Of a stretch of DNA of 59,628 nt, positions 51,394 to 59,628 are shown piece by piece. The position numbers were made by a program, and so were the translations under genes. Source of the DNA: a virus. Taxonomy: Duplodnaviria > Caudoviricetes. The notes under the pieces were generated by a model that saw only the letters and a list, made by a program, of their open reading frames with translations, was not told where the DNA came from and ran no database searches. Each line of letters opens with the position of its first letter. Position 1 is the stretch's first letter. Location: positions 1 through 59,628 of the IMG/VR virus record IMGVR_UViG_3300034272_000911; one strand, given 5' to 3'.

Positions 51394-52835
51394 ACGTCAA
51401 CTACTCTGCGCCGGGCGCCGCGGCGCTCGCATTCCATCAGGACAACTCGTTCGTCCGCGGGCTGATGGGGCCGGTCGGCTCCGGCAAGTCGACTTCGTGC
51501 TGCTTCGAGGTGCTCTCGCGTGCGCTGGAGCAGACGCCCGGGCCGGGCAACGTCAGGCGCTCGCGCTGGGCGATCTGCCGCAACACCTACCCGGAGCTGA
51601 AGTCGACCACGATCAAGACGTGGATGGACTGGTACGGCGACCTCGCAGTGATGCGCTGGGACGCCCCGATCACCTCCACGATCAAGATCAAGGACATCGG
51701 TGACGGCACGGGACTTGAGCTTGAGGTCATCTTCATCGCGCTGGACAAGCCCGACGATGTCAACAAGCTGAAGTCGCTGGAGCTCACCGGCGCGTGGATG
51801 AACGAGGCGAGCGAGATGGAGAAGTCCGCGCTCGACATGCTCACGCAGCGCGTCGGTCGCTATCCATCGAAGCGCAACGGCGGGTTCAACTGGACTGGTG
51901 TCATCATGGACACCAACCCGCCGGACGACGACAGCTGGTGGTACAAGCTCGCCGAGGAGGATCGCCCGAAGAACTACAGGTTCTTCCGCCAGCCCGGCGG
52001 TCTGATCCTCGACAACGACGAGAAGTCAGAGACGCACGGGCAGTACGTGCCGAACTCGCTCGCCGAGAACATCGCGAACCACTCGCTCGGCTACCAGTAC
52101 TACATCAACCAGCTCGCCGGTAAGACCGACGACTGGATCCGCGTGTTCCTGTGCGGCGACTACGGCACGACGATGGCTGGCAAGCCCGTCTATCCCGAGT
52201 GGAACGACCGCGTGCACTTCAGTGAGAAGCCGCTCGCGCCGGTGCAGGGGATGCCTCTCCTGCTCGCGTTCGACTTCGGTCTGACGCCCGCCTGCGCGGT
52301 GGTGCAGATGTCGCCAAAGGGGCAGCTCTTGGTGCTCAAGGAGATGGTCTCGGAGGACATGGGCATCCGCCAGTTCTACTCCGAGGTCGTGCGCCCTGTG
52401 GTGCGCGGCGAGTACAGCAACTTCCGCGTCGAAGCTGTCGGCGACCCCGCGGGCAATCGCCGCAGCGAGACCGACGAGAAGACCTGTATGCAGGAGCTGA
52501 TGGAGCTCGGGATGCTCTGCGAGCTCGCTCCGACGAACGAATTCATCGCCCGGCGCGAGTCCGTGGCGTTCTTCCTGCAACGACTGACGAGCAGCGGCCC
52601 GGGGCTCCTGCTCGACCCGTCTTGCAAGATGATCCGCAAGGGGTTCAACGGCGGCTACCGATACGAACGGCTGAAGGTATCGGGCAGCGCACGGTTCAAG
52701 GATCGCCCCGTGAAAGACAAGTTCAGCCACATCCACGACGCCTTGCAGTACGCCTGCTTGCAGATGAGGTCAGAGATGAACCCAGTCCGAGCCAAAACCG
52801 TGACCAAGTCCCGCGCCGCCGCGGGGTGGACGTAA
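51390..52835 (+). CDS. terL: Terminase large subunit
   Basis: GPVGSGKS, RNTYPEL, WMNE, DTNPP, AFDFGLTPA, GDPAG, SHIHDALQY. Confidence 0.95.
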   Translation: MNVNYSAPGAAALAFHQDNSFVRGLMGPVGSGKSTSCCFEVLSRALEQTPGPGNVRRSRWAICRNTYPELKSTTIKTWMDWYGDLAVMRWDAPITSTIKIKDIGDGTGLELEVIFIALDKPDDVNKLKSLELTGAWMNEASEMEKSALDMLTQRVGRYPSKRNGGFNWTGVIMDTNPPDDDSWWYKLAEEDRPKNYRFFRQPGGLILDNDEKSETHGQYVPNSLAENIANHSLGYQYYINQLAGKTDDWIRVFLCGDYGTTMAGKPVYPEWNDRVHFSEKPLAPVQGMPLLLAFDFGLTPACAVVQMSPKGQLLVLKEMVSEDMGIRQFYSEVVRPVVRGEYSNFRVEAVGDPAGNRRSETDEKTCMQELMELGMLCELAPTNEFIARRESVAFFLQRLTSSGPGLLLDPSCKMIRKGFNGGYRYERLKVSGSARFKDRPVKDKFSHIHDALQYACLQMRSEMNPVRAKTVTKSRAAAGWT

Positions 52836-52841
52836 TCCGTC

Positions 52842-54815
52842 ATGGCGCTCCAGTCCCTTCGCCTCTCCACTGCGATCGAGAAGTCCGAGGTTCCCGCCCC
52901 GGTCGTCGTCTCGCTCGCGGCGTACATCGAGAAGTGCTACGAGGCGGCGAAGACCGAGAAGGACAGCGTCGTCACCGAGCGCCTGCTCAAGTGCGAGCGT
53001 CAGCGCCGCGGCGAGTACGACCCGGACAAGGCTGCGCTCATCCGCGAGACCGGCGGCTCGGACATCTACCTCATGCTGACGGACATCAAGTGCCGCGCAG
53101 CCGAGTCGTGGATCAAGGACGTGACCATGTCCTCCGGTCAGAAGACGTGGTCGCTCGCGCCCACCCCTGAGCCTTCGCTGCCGAACGAGATGCGCGAGGG
53201 CGTGATCGAGACCGTGGTCATGGAAGCCGACGCCGTTTCCCAGCAGGGAATGGCGATCGACCCGCGTGCGATCGATGCGCGCATGAAGGAGCTGTACGAC
53301 GCGGTCACCAAGGCGATCGCCGCCAAGGCGAAGGACGCCGCGCTGAAGATGGAAGAGCGGATGCACGACAAGCTGGTGCAAGCCAACTGGTCGGACACGC
53401 AGGCTGAGGTCATCTACGACTTCGTGACCTTCCCGGCTTCGATCGTCAAGGGGCCGATCATCCGCCGCAAGCGCGTGCTGAAGTGGGGCTCGAACTGGCG
53501 CCCGAAGGTCGAGGAGGAGATCGTCGAGTCGTTCACACGCGTCTCGCCGTACGACATCTACCCCTCGCCGAGCGCGGTGACCTGCCAAGACGGCTACATC
53601 ATCGAGCGCCACCGGCTCAGCCGGGCGGATCTGTCCGCCATGATCGGCACCCCGGGCTACAACGACGACGCCATCCGCGCCGCGCTGGATCAGTTCGGGC
53701 GCACCGGCATCCGCTCCATGCAGGCGGGCGACAACGAGCGCGCCACCCTCGAAGGTCGCACGACCACGCTCGCGAGCTCCGAGACCATCGAAGCGATCGA
53801 GTTCTGGGGCGCCGTCTCCGGCTCGATGCTGATCGAGTGGGGGCTGACGAAGGACATCGACCCGTCCCTTGAGTACGAGGTCAACTGCTGGAAGGTCGGG
53901 CCGCACGTGATCCGCGCCATCCGCAACCCCGACCCGCTCGGTCGCCGCCCGTACTCGAAGGCGAGCTGGGAGGCGATCCCGGGCGCGTTCTGGGGCGTCG
54001 GTCTGCCCGAGGTGGTGCGAGACGTGCAGACGATGTGCAACGCCGCCGCACGCGCCCTCGCGAACAACATGGGCATCGCCTCCGGCCCTCAGGTCGAGGT
54101 GAACGTCGATCGCCTGCCGACCGGCGAGAACCTGACCCAGATGTACCCGTGGAAGATCTGGCAGACGACCTCCGACCGCACCGGTGGCGGGCAGGCGGCT
54201 GTGCGCTTCTTCCAGCCCGACATGAACGCGGACACGCTGATGGCTGTGCTCCAGTACTTCCAGAAGGTCTCCGACGAGGTGACCGGCGTGCCGAACTACG
54301 TGTACGGCTCGACCTCGGTCGCGGGCGCCGGGCGCACCGCCTCGGGTCTGTCGATGCTGATGGAGAACGCCGCCAAGGGCATCAAGCAGGCGATCCTGTC
54401 TCTCGACAAGGCGACGAGCGAGATGCTCACCCGCCTCTACGACCACCTGATGATCTACGACGACGACAAGTCCATCAAAGGCGACATGCAGATCGTCGCG
54501 TCCGGTGTGGTCGGCACGCTCCTCAAGGAGACGATGCAGGCTCGCCGCAACGAGTTCATGCAGATGACCGCCAACCCGTTCGACATGCAGATCATCGGCC
54601 CCGCGGGTCGCGCTGAGCTGCTGCGTCAGGCGGCGGAAGGGCTGAACATCGACGTCAACAAGATCGTCCCTGACCCCAAGGAAATCCTCGCTGCCCAGCA
54701 GGCGCAGATCGAGGCGGAAGCTGCGAACGCGGAAGCGCAGATGCAGCAGCAAGCGATGCCTGCCGATCCCCAACTTATGGCGCAGCCTGCGCCCCAGCCC
54801 CAAGGAGTGATGTGA
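52842..54815 (+). CDS. Portal protein
   Basis: 657 aa after terL; RVSPYDIYP, GAFWGVGLPE..DVQ..N, RTASGLSML; Q-rich tail. Confidence 0.88.
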   Translation: MALQSLRLSTAIEKSEVPAPVVVSLAAYIEKCYEAAKTEKDSVVTERLLKCERQRRGEYDPDKAALIRETGGSDIYLMLTDIKCRAAESWIKDVTMSSGQKTWSLAPTPEPSLPNEMREGVIETVVMEADAVSQQGMAIDPRAIDARMKELYDAVTKAIAAKAKDAALKMEERMHDKLVQANWSDTQAEVIYDFVTFPASIVKGPIIRRKRVLKWGSNWRPKVEEEIVESFTRVSPYDIYPSPSAVTCQDGYIIERHRLSRADLSAMIGTPGYNDDAIRAALDQFGRTGIRSMQAGDNERATLEGRTTTLASSETIEAIEFWGAVSGSMLIEWGLTKDIDPSLEYEVNCWKVGPHVIRAIRNPDPLGRRPYSKASWEAIPGAFWGVGLPEVVRDVQTMCNAAARALANNMGIASGPQVEVNVDRLPTGENLTQMYPWKIWQTTSDRTGGGQAAVRFFQPDMNADTLMAVLQYFQKVSDEVTGVPNYVYGSTSVAGAGRTASGLSMLMENAAKGIKQAILSLDKATSEMLTRLYDHLMIYDDDKSIKGDMQIVASGVVGTLLKETMQARRNEFMQMTANPFDMQIIGPAGRAELLRQAAEGLNIDVNKIVPDPKEILAAQQAQIEAEAANAEAQMQQQAMPADPQLMAQPAPQPQGVM

Positions 54816-55129
54816 TGGGCAAGCTGACTTCGTTCGCGACCGGCATGGGCGAGGGTTACCTCGCTGGCAAGCGGTACAAGGACAACAAGGCGCGTCAGGA
54901 GCGTCAGGACGCGATCATGGAGAAGGTGCTCGCCGCCGACTCTTCGACCGCCGCGCCCGCTGCCGCCCCCGCCGAGGAGGAGGAAAAGCCCCTCTGGAAG
55001 CGGATGTTTGGCATGAAGGACGGTGGCGCTGTCCGCGGCTACGCCAACGGCGGCATGATCGGCGACAACACGCCGATGCCGAGCCACAGCTGCAAGATGA
55101 GCTGGCAGCGTCAGTCGTTCAAGAAGTGA
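54812..55129 (+). CDS. Small head-associated protein with xxGG motifs
   Basis: MKDGGAVRGYANGGMIG. Confidence 0.6.
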   Translation: MMGKLTSFATGMGEGYLAGKRYKDNKARQERQDAIMEKVLAADSSTAAPAAAPAEEEEKPLWKRMFGMKDGGAVRGYANGGMIGDNTPMPSHSCKMSWQRQSFKK

Positions 55130-55329
55130 ACCAGTTTCCCCGCGAGCTTGTCGAGCGCCTGAGACGGGACTCGGACGCGCAGCAACTCGCGGCACAGTTG
55201 ACGCAGTTCAGAGAGGAGAAGCGAGTCGATCTGGAGGACGCGACGGCGTCTGTCCAGATCCACAAGCTGCAAGGCTACTGCCAAGCCCTCACTGACCTGA
55301 TCAAACTGCTCTCACCCGAGGGCAGATAA
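55126..55329 (+). CDS. Small conserved protein downstream of portal
   Basis: IHKLQGYCQALTDLIKL; typical position. Confidence 0.6.
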   Translation: MNQFPRELVERLRRDSDAQQLAAQLTQFREEKRVDLEDATASVQIHKLQGYCQALTDLIKLLSPEGR

Positions 55330-55428
55330 CCCCGCCGGAGGTTTTCCGGCACAACCCGCCCTGACTCCAGTCACGTAGGCAGAGACTCCGACGAGGCTCT
55401 CTTGCGCGTAGGACACGGCTCAGAGGAT

Positions 55429-56379
55429 ATGAAAATGCCCAGACTACCGAAAGAAGTTGAGAAGCAAGCAGAGCTTGCGGAGCAAGCATTCAACAAAGCG
55501 TACGGAACACCTCAGCAGCCACCTGAGGCTCCGAAGCCTGCCGATGCGACCCCCGCTCCTGCCACAGGCAACGATCAGACGGCAACCGCGCCAACCGCTC
55601 CCACCGTGGAACCCGGCAAGCCGGACGCCGACAAGCCCCAAGACCCCGTCGAAGATGGTGACCTGAACCACTGGAAGCAGCGTGCGAAAGTGGCTGAAGG
55701 TCGGCTCTCGAAGGAGATGCCCCGCATGGCTCAGACGATCCGCGAACTCAAGGATCAGCTGACCGCCGCGGAGCAGAAGCTTCGTGACGCCCAGTCCGCG
55801 CAGACTGTGAGCCTCGAATCCGTCGTCAAGCCGGAGGAGGTCGAGCAGTACGGCAAGGACTTCATCGACATGGTCGGTCGCGTAGCGCGTAGCGCTGCGC
55901 CCGGGGTCGATCAGAACCTGAAGCAGCAGGTCGAGGAAGCGTCGGAACAGACGCGCAAATTGGCGCGACAGCGGTTCTTCGAGGAACTCGGTCGCGACGC
56001 TCCGCAGTGGGAGAAGCTGAACACGGACGAGGACTTCCTCGCACACCTCTCGGGTCTTGACCCGTACACGGGTCGCCCGAGGCAGGAACTCTTCGACGAT
56101 GCCTATCAGAAGCTCGACGCTTGGCGCATCGCGAACTTCTTCAACTCGTTCTCGGAGTCTCGGCGTTCAAGCCCCCAACCGCCGACGCCATCGCTGGCTG
56201 ATCAGGTCACGCCCTCTGCAAGCAGAGCGCAGACCGCGCCACCGGCGAAGAAGGTGTGGAACGCGAAGGAGGTCGCTCGTTTCTACGACGACGTCCGGCG
56301 CGGCGCCTACACCGCGGCTGAAGCGGCAGGGATCGAGAAAGACATATTCGCCGCTCAATCCGAAGGGCGCTTTCGCTGA
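55429..56379 (+). CDS. Capsid scaffolding protein
   Basis: P/A-rich N-terminus, coiled coil, PQWEKLNTDEDF, AAQSEGR C-terminus; precedes the capsid gene. Confidence 0.75.
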   Translation: MKMPRLPKEVEKQAELAEQAFNKAYGTPQQPPEAPKPADATPAPATGNDQTATAPTAPTVEPGKPDADKPQDPVEDGDLNHWKQRAKVAEGRLSKEMPRMAQTIRELKDQLTAAEQKLRDAQSAQTVSLESVVKPEEVEQYGKDFIDMVGRVARSAAPGVDQNLKQQVEEASEQTRKLARQRFFEELGRDAPQWEKLNTDEDFLAHLSGLDPYTGRPRQELFDDAYQKLDAWRIANFFNSFSESRRSSPQPPTPSLADQVTPSASRAQTAPPAKKVWNAKEVARFYDDVRRGAYTAAEAAGIEKDIFAAQSEGRFR

Positions 56380-56449
56380 GCAATTCCGCTCGGCGAGATA
56401 GCGCTACAACAGGGAGAGCGGCGGGACATTAACCCAAGGAGAACCTTCA

Positions 56450-57433
56450 ATGTCCCTTCCTGTCTCTGGCAACTACTACGGCACTGGCGTCGGTAACGAC
56501 GCCTACGCCGCAACCTTCATCCCCCAGATCTGGTCTGGCAAGCTCCAAGTCAAGTTCTATCAGTCGACCGTGCTGTCGGCGATCACGAACAACGACTGGG
56601 AGGGCGAGATCAAGGATCAGGGTGACAAGGTCACGATCCGCACCATCCCGTCGATCACCGTCTCGAACTACACCAAGGGCATGACCCTCGCTTCGCAGGT
56701 TCCGACCTCGGGTGTGGTGGAGCTGCTGATCGACAAGGGCAAGTACTTCTCCGTCGTCGTCGACGACGTGGACGCGGTGCAGTCCGACCTCAAGCTGATG
56801 GACATCTTCACGAACGATGCCTCTCAGCAGATGAAGATCACCATCGACACCGACGTGCTCGCTGGCGTGAAGAACGCCGCTGCTGCCGCCAATCAGGGCG
56901 CTGCCGCGGGTCTGCTGTCCGCGAACATCAACCTCGGTGACGGCAACGCCACCGGCGGCTACACGGGCGTCCAGCTCACGCGCCCCACCATCATCAACAA
57001 GATCGTGGAGATGGGTCAGGTGCTCGACGAGCAGAACGTCCCGGAGACGGGCCGCTGGATGGTGATCCCGGCGTGGATGGCTGCGATGATCAAGCAGTCC
57101 GACCTCAAGGATGCGTCGCTCACCGGTGACTCGGTGACGCCGCTCCGCAACGGTCGGCTCGGCACGATCGATCGCTTCACCCTCTACGTCAGCAACCTCC
57201 TGCCCACCCAGACCGGCGTGACCCGCATGTCTGGCGACGCGGGGGCCGGTACCGTCAAGGCGACCTACGTCTACGCCGGTACCAGTGACGCCATCACGTT
57301 CGCCTCGCAGGTGACGAAGATGGAGTCGCTGCGGGCGCAGACGACCTTCGGCAACCTCGTCCGCGGACTGAACGTCTTCGGCTACAAGGTGATCAAGCCG
57401 GAGGCTCTCGTCGAGGGCTTCTTCTACGCCTGA
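56450..57433 (+). CDS. Major capsid protein
   Basis: FIPQIWSGKL..EGEIKDQGDKVTI..LDEQNVP..GR..RGLNVFGYKVIKPEAL; AAGGAG RBS. Confidence 0.9.
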   Translation: MSLPVSGNYYGTGVGNDAYAATFIPQIWSGKLQVKFYQSTVLSAITNNDWEGEIKDQGDKVTIRTIPSITVSNYTKGMTLASQVPTSGVVELLIDKGKYFSVVVDDVDAVQSDLKLMDIFTNDASQQMKITIDTDVLAGVKNAAAAANQGAAAGLLSANINLGDGNATGGYTGVQLTRPTIINKIVEMGQVLDEQNVPETGRWMVIPAWMAAMIKQSDLKDASLTGDSVTPLRNGRLGTIDRFTLYVSNLLPTQTGVTRMSGDAGAGTVKATYVYAGTSDAITFASQVTKMESLRAQTTFGNLVRGLNVFGYKVIKPEALVEGFFYA

Positions 57434-57453
57434 TCAGCGTAGGTGAGCAAGCG

Positions 57454-57484
57454 TCCGGGGGAGGGCAACCTCCCCCGGATGTTC
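57454..57484 (+). terminator. Hairpin/terminator after the capsid gene
   Basis: tccgggggagg-gcaa-cctcccccgga perfect 11-bp stem; weak U tail. Confidence 0.65.
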
Positions 57485-57510
57485 ACTGCACAGCGAACAT
57501 GGAGAGGTAG

Positions 57511-58209
57511 ATGGCACTGACCCCAAGCGAACTGCTGACCAGAGCCGCGGACGTCCTGCAAGACGCCGGGAACGTACGCTGGTCGCAGGCGGAGCTGCTC
57601 CGCTACCTCAACGACGGTCGCCGTGAGCTCGCCATCCACCGCCCAGACGTGTACGCCACGACCAGCACGATGACCTTGGTCGCTGGCTCGAAGCAGTCTA
57701 TCCCCGTGGACGGCGCGAAGTTCCTCGACGCCATCCGCAACGTGTCCGCCGCCAACGCCATCGGCAGGGCGGTGCGACTCATCGAACGCGAGGTCTTGGA
57801 CGCGCAGATGCCGGACTGGCACACGCTCGCCGCGTCGACCTCCATCAAGCACTTCATGTTCGACGAGCGGACGCCTAAGACGTTCTACGTCTACCCGCCC
57901 GCCGCCGCCGGACACAAGCTCGACGTCTCGTACTCCAAGGCTCCCGTCGACATCGTCTCGGGAGACCTGAACTCCTCCACCGCGCTCTCCGCGGAGGAGA
58001 TCTACACCGGAACGCTTGTCGACTACATCCTGTACCGGGCGCTCAGCAAGGACGCCGAGTACGCCGCGAACGCGCAGCGCGCATCGCTGCACTACACGGC
58101 GTTCGCCACCTCGCTCGGTATCAGCAACCGCAAGCGCATCGCCTCCTCCCCCAACGTCGCCAACATGGACGGCACGCCTCCCAAGGCTGCTTCCCTTGAG
58201 GTCGCCTGA
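57511..58209 (+). CDS. Head-tail adaptor (DUF6682-like)
   Basis: LQD..RWSQAELLRYLNDG..RPD..FYVYPP..DYILYRALSKDAE. Confidence 0.75.
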   Translation: MALTPSELLTRAADVLQDAGNVRWSQAELLRYLNDGRRELAIHRPDVYATTSTMTLVAGSKQSIPVDGAKFLDAIRNVSAANAIGRAVRLIEREVLDAQMPDWHTLAASTSIKHFMFDERTPKTFYVYPPAAAGHKLDVSYSKAPVDIVSGDLNSSTALSAEEIYTGTLVDYILYRALSKDAEYAANAQRASLHYTAFATSLGISNRKRIASSPNVANMDGTPPKAASLEVA

Positions 58210-58859
58210 TGGCAACTCTCGACAGCTTCTATCCCTACATCCTCCCCGACGTCCAAGGCTGTCCCGAGCCGACCATCGATGTCGCGATCCGTTCGGCGGC
58301 GATCGAGTTCTGCGAGAAGTCTCTCGCGTTCCAGCGAGACCTCGACCCCGTCACCGTCGTGAAGAACATCATCGACTACGACCTCGAACCGCCCGACCAG
58401 CAGCTCGTCGTCCGCATCATGCGGATGTGGTTCAAGGGAACGGAGCTCCACCCCGTCGCGCCTGACTTCGTGTCGAAGCCGGAGATCTACAACTCCCTCT
58501 TCAGCGGCGCCGACAAGAGCGCCAGCGACCCGCGCCACTACATCCAGAAGGACGAGCGCACGTTCACCCTCTACCCCATTCCGCCTGACACGGTCGCCAA
58601 CGCGCTCACGATGCGCGTCGCGTTGAAGCCCAGCCGCTCGGCGACCACCATCGAAGACGACCTGTTCGAGGAGTACGCGGAGGTCATCGCGCACGGCGCG
58701 AAGTTCCGGCTGCTCAGCATGGCGAGCAAGCCGTGGACGAATGGCCCGGCGGCGTCGGCTTCCCTGACCCTGTTCAACAACGGCATCAACGCAGCGATGC
58801 TGCGCGGCTACCGCGGCGGCACCCGCGCCGGACTGCGCGTGCAGATGAGGAGCATCTAA
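58209..58859 (+). CDS. Adaptor / tail tubular-like protein
   Basis: PDVQGCP..AAIEFCEKS..ALKPS..KPWTN. Confidence 0.7.
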   Translation: MATLDSFYPYILPDVQGCPEPTIDVAIRSAAIEFCEKSLAFQRDLDPVTVVKNIIDYDLEPPDQQLVVRIMRMWFKGTELHPVAPDFVSKPEIYNSLFSGADKSASDPRHYIQKDERTFTLYPIPPDTVANALTMRVALKPSRSATTIEDDLFEEYAEVIAHGAKFRLLSMASKPWTNGPAASASLTLFNNGINAAMLRGYRGGTRAGLRVQMRSI

Positions 58860-58860
58860 C

Positions 58861-59202
58861 GTGGCGACCAAGAAGATCAAGCTGGTGCGCGGTGACAACT
58901 ACCCGCAGATCCGCGTCGAGCTCACGGACGTGAACACCGGCGCGCCGATCGACCTCACGGGCGCGAGCATCACGCTGCACTTCCGCGCCGTGGGGAGCTC
59001 GACCGTGCTCTTCTCGCGCCCGGGCGTCGTCCCGGTCGGCACCGCCGCGCAGGGGCAGGGCGTCTTCACCTTCCAGAGCGGCGACCTGAACATCGACCCC
59101 GGTGACTACGAGGGCGAGGTCGAGGTCGTCTGGTCGGGTCTCGGCGCTCGCCAGACCGTCTACGACCTGCTCAAGTTCCGAGTGCGCCAAGACTTCGCCT
59201 GA
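58861..59202 (+). CDS. BppU-N-like Ig-fold tail protein
   Basis: LVRGDNYP..PIDLTGA..GDYEGEVEV..QTVYDLLKFRVR. Confidence 0.7.
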   Translation: MATKKIKLVRGDNYPQIRVELTDVNTGAPIDLTGASITLHFRAVGSSTVLFSRPGVVPVGTAAQGQGVFTFQSGDLNIDPGDYEGEVEVVWSGLGARQTVYDLLKFRVRQDFA

Positions 59203-59628
59203 TGGCCAACCAAACCGTCACCACCGCCGTCAACTACGACGACGCCTCGATCTCGGGGCTCCTGAACGGCGAAACCATCACCATCAATTCGGGTGGTTCC
59301 GTCACCATCAACAGCGACGTCCGCTGGGGTCAAAACGCCGCCGTTCTTGGAGTGATGAATGTCAACGAAGGCGAGCTGCGGATCGACGGGCGTGACGTCT
59401 GGTGGGTTCCGTTCAGCGCGGCGACGGGCAACGTCCCGGCGCTAGGCGTCCAAGGCACCCCCGACGTGACGCGCGGCGGCTCGAACGTCGGCGAGTACCT
59501 CGGCATCTGGACGGCGCTCGGCGCCGCCCCAAGCGCCCCCGGCGGCGCGATGCCCTCGACGGGCTGGGTCAAACTGCGCCGCCGCAGCGCGGCTCTGGCA
59601 ACGAACGACGTGCTGACCTTTGCTGGCG
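59202..59628 (+). CDS. 5' part of large tail/virion protein that wraps across the origin (MANQTVTTAVNYDDAS...)
   Basis: ATG overlaps the upstream stop (TGATG). The frame is open to the end and continues in frame into the 45..2867 ORF; about 1076 aa in total. Confidence 0.85.
   Translation, partial: MANQTVTTAVNYDDASISGLLNGETITINSGGSVTINSDVRWGQNAAVLGVMNVNEGELRIDGRDVWWVPFSAATGNVPALGVQGTPDVTRGGSNVGEYLGIWTALGAAPSAPGGAMPSTGWVKLRRRSAALATNDVLTFAG
59566..59628 (+). repeat. Terminal direct repeat, copy 2 (circular overlap)
   Basis: Identical to 1-63. Confidence 0.97.

Larger units (their letters stand above)
1..59628. mobile_element. Complete temperate tailed bacteriophage genome (circular contig, podovirus-like)
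   Basis: Terminase, portal, capsid, tail, lysis, integrase with intact attP, repressor/cro and replication modules are present. No host genes. The ends overlap by 63 bp. Confidence 0.96.

Noticed and set aside
2076-54803. Long antisense ORFs (2076-4328, 8543-10471, 12988-14478, 24374-26827, 52770-54803, etc.)
   Set aside because: R/G/V/D-rich shadows of GC3-biased sense genes, with no RBS or domain motifs.
1-59628. Alternative genetic code
   Set aside because: Core genes are intact under the standard code, and TGA, TAA and TAG are all used as stops.

Overview
The window is a complete, circularly permuted temperate tailed-phage genome of about 59,565 bp. Bases 1-63 repeat at 59566-59628, and one tail gene runs in frame across that junction. 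It is GC-rich, uses the standard code and is probably short-tailed (podovirus-like), with a likely Betaproteobacterial host. Modules: packaging and head genes (TerS, a lysis cassette, TerL, portal, scaffold, capsid, adaptors; 48.6-59.2 kb); tail, fibre and ejection genes ending in a 3201-aa polyvalent protein (59.2 kb through the origin to 27.9 kb); attP (3' half of tRNA-Asp) with a tyrosine integrase; a leftward early operon; a cI/cro-type switch; a replication/nin/Q region; and a second leftward operon carrying a MoxR/CobS AAA+ and vWA/CobT pair. Best candidate for an undescribed system: two small genes overprinted in the +1 frame inside the giant virion protein. Each starts at the end of a putative toxic domain (zeta-toxin-like kinase; HhH glycosylase-like domain) and has its own RBS, and one has a perfect TATAAT. 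They look like built-in immunity genes. Also notable: a strongly over-represented ACAGCTGT / CTGT-N3-ACAG motif, a repressor with a degenerate autocleavage site, two operator families and two hairpin-rich non-coding RNA candidates. All family assignments come from motif recognition by eye, not database searches.
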